From assembly GCA_964513485.1 (NCBI GenBank), contig CAZENJ010000004.1:1-37092 (forward strand): a DNA stretch of 37,092 nucleotides, in the 5' to 3' direction. Under the pieces are notes generated by a model that saw only the letters and a list, made by a program, of their open reading frames with translations, ran no database searches and was not told the origin of the DNA. The DNA is from an uncultured Thermotogae bacterium (GTDB taxonomy: Bacteria > Bipolaricaulota > Bipolaricaulia > M55B111). This document shows, one piece after another, positions 34,178-37,092 of the stretch; position 1 is the first letter of the stretch, and each line of letters begins with the position of its first letter. The translations under genes and the position numbers were made by a program.

Positions 34178-35095
34178 ATGTCTTTCCAGTACGATCTCGC
34201 TAAGTTCATAGAGTTCAGAGACAAGGAGAAATGTGATCGGGTCCGGAAAATTCCGAAGGAGGAACTAACGGACCACGAAAACGAGGATTTTAATATCAGG
34301 ATTATCGAAGAACCGGCCGACTTTTACTTCGAGTTTGCTCTGGATATAGTTCGCAGAATTATGGAATACCGCAGGGAAGGACGGGACCTGGTGGGAATCT
34401 TTCCCGTTGGTCCGATGCCGCAGTATCCGCTGGCCGCTCGAATGATCAATCAGTTCGAAATTCCCTGTGATCACCTCCATATCTTTGCAATGGACGAATA
34501 CGCCGATCAGGACGGTAACACGGCACCTGTTAGCTGGCCCGGGTCATTCCAGAAAGCAATGCTGGAGACTTTTATCAAACCAATAGACGAAAACCTTCGC
34601 CCACCGATGGATCAGGTTCATTTCCCGACTTCGGAAGTAATTGATTCCTACGCTTCCATGATGGAGGATCTCGGGGGCGTAGATATTTGCTACGGGGGTA
34701 TTGGCTGGTGCGGCCATATCGCCTTCTGGGAGTCTCACCTTTGGAAAGAATTCGGCGATGATCTCGAAGCTTATAAACGGGCAGGACCGCGTACCGTCGA
34801 GCTAAATCCGATGACCGTTATGCAGAACGCGCTTCACTCTTTTGATGGCGATTGGTCTCAGGTGCCGCCGAAGGCCAATACGATCGGGCCGGGTCAGATT
34901 ACCGGCGCGGATTACCGGAGTTTCTGGCTCGACGGAACTATCGGGGGAGGAGAGAGCTGGCAAAGATTTATCGCCAGGTTGGTCGCGCACGGCCCGGTTA
35001 CACCGAAGGTCCCGGGTTCAATTCTGCAAACCCTGCCCGGAACGTTTACTATCCTCGGGGGAGTTGCGGAAGATATTGAGATAGAAATGAATTAA
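34178..35095 (+). CDS. Glucosamine-6-phosphate deaminase/isomerase (NagB)-family protein, divergent
   Basis: 305 aa with FAMDEY and GGIGWCGHIAFWES, corresponding to the NagB MDEY and GxGxDGHIAFNEP signatures. The SD GAAGGAGG lies upstream. Confidence 0.78.
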   Translation: MSFQYDLAKFIEFRDKEKCDRVRKIPKEELTDHENEDFNIRIIEEPADFYFEFALDIVRRIMEYRREGRDLVGIFPVGPMPQYPLAARMINQFEIPCDHLHIFAMDEYADQDGNTAPVSWPGSFQKAMLETFIKPIDENLRPPMDQVHFPTSEVIDSYASMMEDLGGVDICYGGIGWCGHIAFWESHLWKEFGDDLEAYKRAGPRTVELNPMTVMQNALHSFDGDWSQVPPKANTIGPGQITGADYRSFWLDGTIGGGESWQRFIARLVAHGPVTPKVPGSILQTLPGTFTILGGVAEDIEIEMN

Positions 35096-35110
35096 AGGGA
35101 AAGCAAAAGA

Positions 35111-35152
35111 CCTGTACCCCACACCCCGCTCAAGAAGGTAGTGGGGCACAGG
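35111..35152. terminator. Hairpin between convergent genes (probable bidirectional terminator)
   Basis: CCTGTACCCCAC (35111-35122) pairs with GTGGGGCACAGG (35141-35152) at 11 of 12 positions. The flanks are A-rich on the left and T-containing on the right. Confidence 0.5.
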
Positions 35153-35179
35153 AGTGTAGTTTATTAAACCGCTTTTTTA

Positions 35180-36004
35180 TTATTCCAATAAGTTTTCCAA
35201 AAACTTATATGAATCCAGGACGGCCTGATTAACCTCTTCCAGGGTTTCCTCCTGAGTCCCGTCAAACTCGATTTCAACGCTTATCGGCCCACCATAATTA
35301 ATGGTTTCCAGCCAGGCGAAGACCGGTTCAAAATCTATCTCACCCTCGCCTAACGCCGGGAAATTCCATTCTCCTTTTCCGCCTCGTTTGTCCTTCAGGT
35401 GCATGCAGGTGAAGTCTTTGGACTTCAAATTTTTGATATCTTCTCCGGGGTTGACGCCGCCGTAAAAAATTACGTTACCCGTGTCGTAATTTAGTCCGAC
35501 TGAATCCGAGTCGATGTTGCGCAAAATCTCGGAGCCCTGCTCGGCAGTTTTGAGAAAATCATGTGTTTCTATTCCTATAGTAACACCGTTCGTGGCTGCA
35601 AAGTCTCCCAGATCCTCGATGTTTTCGTAGAAACTCTTTTCGGCTTCCGGCGAAAGCCCCGCCTCCGGATCCTCCTGCATGGAGATCCCCGTATTTACAA
35701 CTTTGGCGCCAAGTTCACCTGCTAGCTCTATAACGGCCTTCAGGTGATCACAACCTTCATGGGTTGTGAGGTCGGAGTGACCGCTGATGGCAAGAGTCTC
35801 GAGGCCGAATTTTTCCAGCTGATCCCTTAACGCGTCGACGTCGCCCCCGGCAAGATCTTCGGGCACCACGTGTTCCGTGTAACCCATAACAGAGGTCAAT
35901 TCGACGTAATTGAAACCTGCTTCACTTATTCCCGCGAGAGCCTCCTCCAGACCAAATTTATGGTAAGTATTTGTCGAAACTGCTATTTCATCGACTGTTC
36001 TCAC
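35180..36004 (-). CDS. Sugar phosphate isomerase/epimerase (xylose-isomerase-like TIM barrel)
   Basis: 274 aa with ...GFNYVELTS...ISGHSDL...GIETHD...NYDTGNV...MHLKD...SVEIEF. GTG start with the SD AGAGGAGG 7 nt upstream. Confidence 0.85.
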   Translation of the reverse strand: MRTVDEIAVSTNTYHKFGLEEALAGISEAGFNYVELTSVMGYTEHVVPEDLAGGDVDALRDQLEKFGLETLAISGHSDLTTHEGCDHLKAVIELAGELGAKVVNTGISMQEDPEAGLSPEAEKSFYENIEDLGDFAATNGVTIGIETHDFLKTAEQGSEILRNIDSDSVGLNYDTGNVIFYGGVNPGEDIKNLKSKDFTCMHLKDKRGGKGEWNFPALGEGEIDFEPVFAWLETINYGGPISVEIEFDGTQEETLEEVNQAVLDSYKFLENLLE

Positions 36005-36068
36005 AGTAAAACCTCCTCTGGAAAGAATTAATTGTTGAACCTTACTTTGCTGCGACCGAATTCAAAAT

Positions 36069-36926
36069 TCACTCGAGAAACAGATTATTTGCTTGCCCGT
36101 TCTCCGTTGCCGGTCCCCTTTCGGCTGTAGAAAGCCAGCGGTCTTTCACTAATTTTTTTAGCAGGTTTTCGGCGGGGAACCCCGAACTCAAATCCTGAAT
36201 GAACGGTTCGGAATGAGCGTATTCCGTACTCTCTTCGAGGTCGAATTGCCGTAACCATTTCCGAGAGATTTCTAACATGTTGTCGACGTATTCGTCCGTC
36301 CCGTAATGCTTCCTCAACCATTCTCGCTGGGATTCGTGACACTTCAGGGCTTCCTTTTTTCGTTCGATTTCCTTCTCTCCCAGGGAAATGAGAGAGTGGG
36401 CCGGAAATACTTCTCCGGCATAGTTTAATCCACCGTAAGGGGCCCAGTAATAAAGCGCCGGTATGGAATCGATTTCCGGGGGAAAGTTCCCGCTCTTTAC
36501 CTGAACTCTCTGGTAGCGCGGGACCGGCAGGCGATTGGCCGCATCACGGACTACTTCGTGAGTTTCTTCGTGATCCTTCATATAATCCCGCGATGGATGA
36601 GTAAAAAGAAGGTCTACTTCGTATTTCCTCAGTACACGCACGACTTCTTTCACCAGGTCCTGAGAGTGTTTTACGTGGAGGTCCTCCGCCCCGATGCAGT
36701 CATAAGTACCTTCGAACAGACGGGCTGACTCTTTTGCTTCCTGAAATCTCGTGGCGGCGATATCTTCCCCGAATACCACCGGGGAACCAAGATCGCCGGG
36801 TGTCATGGTGACAAAGTGGATCGAATGCCCCGCTTCGGCCAATAGAGTTAACGTTCCACCCGCCCCGAACTCGATATCGTCCGGATGAGCCCCAACTGCG
36901 ACGATTTCTAGTTTTGGTTGTGTTAT
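36069..36926 (-). CDS. PIG-L/LmbE-family N-acetylglucosaminyl deacetylase; start codon non-canonical or unresolved
   Basis: The family-defining N-terminus KLEIVAVGAHPDDIEFGAGGTLTLLAEAGHSIHFVTMTPGD is in frame but upstream of the ORF-track TTG (36842). The only plausible initiator is ATA at 36926-36924, 8 nt after AAGGAGGG. There is no in-frame ATG/GTG/TTG back to the TGA. Confidence 0.78.
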   Translation of the reverse strand: MTQPKLEIVAVGAHPDDIEFGAGGTLTLLAEAGHSIHFVTMTPGDLGSPVVFGEDIAATRFQEAKESARLFEGTYDCIGAEDLHVKHSQDLVKEVVRVLRKYEVDLLFTHPSRDYMKDHEETHEVVRDAANRLPVPRYQRVQVKSGNFPPEIDSIPALYYWAPYGGLNYAGEVFPAHSLISLGEKEIERKKEALKCHESQREWLRKHYGTDEYVDNMLEISRKWLRQFDLEESTEYAHSEPFIQDLSSGFPAENLLKKLVKDRWLSTAERGPATENGQANNLFLE

Positions 36927-36988
36927 GTTATCGCCCTCCTTTTGGAAAGATTTCAGTCCTGCAACGAAGAAACTGAAAGTTTCTTTCT

Positions 36989-37092
36989 TTATATCTCAAC
37001 CTGCTTCGCCGTCTCAAACATGGTTATCACGTTCTCGGCCGGTGTATCGGCCTGGATGTCGTGAACCGAGGTTACCACGTAACCTGCGGGAC
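36989..37092 (-). CDS. 3' end (34 codons) of an unidentified gene entering from the right window edge
   Basis: The open frame reads ...PAGYVVTSVHDIQADTPAENVITMFETAKQVEI*, with TAA at 36991-36989. The composition looks protein-like, but the fragment is too short to assign. Confidence 0.35.
   Translation of the reverse strand, partial: PAGYVVTSVHDIQADTPAENVITMFETAKQVEI

Overview
The window looks like an ordinary chromosomal segment of a bacterium with a very Glu/Asp-rich (acidic) proteome. I saw no transposase, integrase, CRISPR array, tRNA or rRNA by eye, but I ran no covariance or HMM search.

Gene content in order:
- Minus strand: groES-groEL (with a CIRCE operator), then an htrA / OmpR-type response regulator / histidine kinase unit.
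- Minus strand: a P2-type cation ATPase.
- Minus strand: a long iron block, sufC-sufB, a DtxR-family repressor, feoA-feoA, a split feoB (GTPase and permease as two genes), an unknown 4-TM protein, and a FeoC-like gene.
- Plus strand: nnr-tatD-nfo, spoVS in an AT-rich pocket, argS, ftsY and ppdK.
- Minus strand: a large polytopic membrane protein and csaB, joined by overlapping codons to rsmH-ftsL-ftsI, then an aminotransferase, a secreted HEAT-like repeat protein and an orphan family-5 solute-binding protein.
- Plus strand: a DUF134 gene.
- Both strands: an amino-sugar cluster (NagB-like on plus; TIM-barrel isomerase and PIG-L deacetylase on minus).

I found no defence-island-like or mobile system. 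The items most worth a second look are:
1. The unknown 4-TM gene translationally wedged into the split Feo operon, together with the single-strand Suf-DtxR-Feo arrangement and its internal promoter and palindromic operator.
2. Two genes (csaB and the PIG-L deacetylase) whose conserved N-termini lie upstream of any in-frame ATG/GTG/TTG. One sits at an 'ATAA' stop/start junction, the other has a strong Shine-Dalgarno (SD) followed by ATA.
3. A rod-like structured element of about 113 nt ending in U5, plus an SD-equipped 20-codon uORF whose stop overlaps the SD-less argS start in ATGA.
4. A dcw-type rsmH-ftsL-ftsI block headed by cell-wall-polymer pyruvylation genes instead of mraZ.
5. A 385-bp divergent intergenic region with a perfect 13-bp long-range inverted repeat.

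All family calls come from motif recognition by eye, not from database searches.
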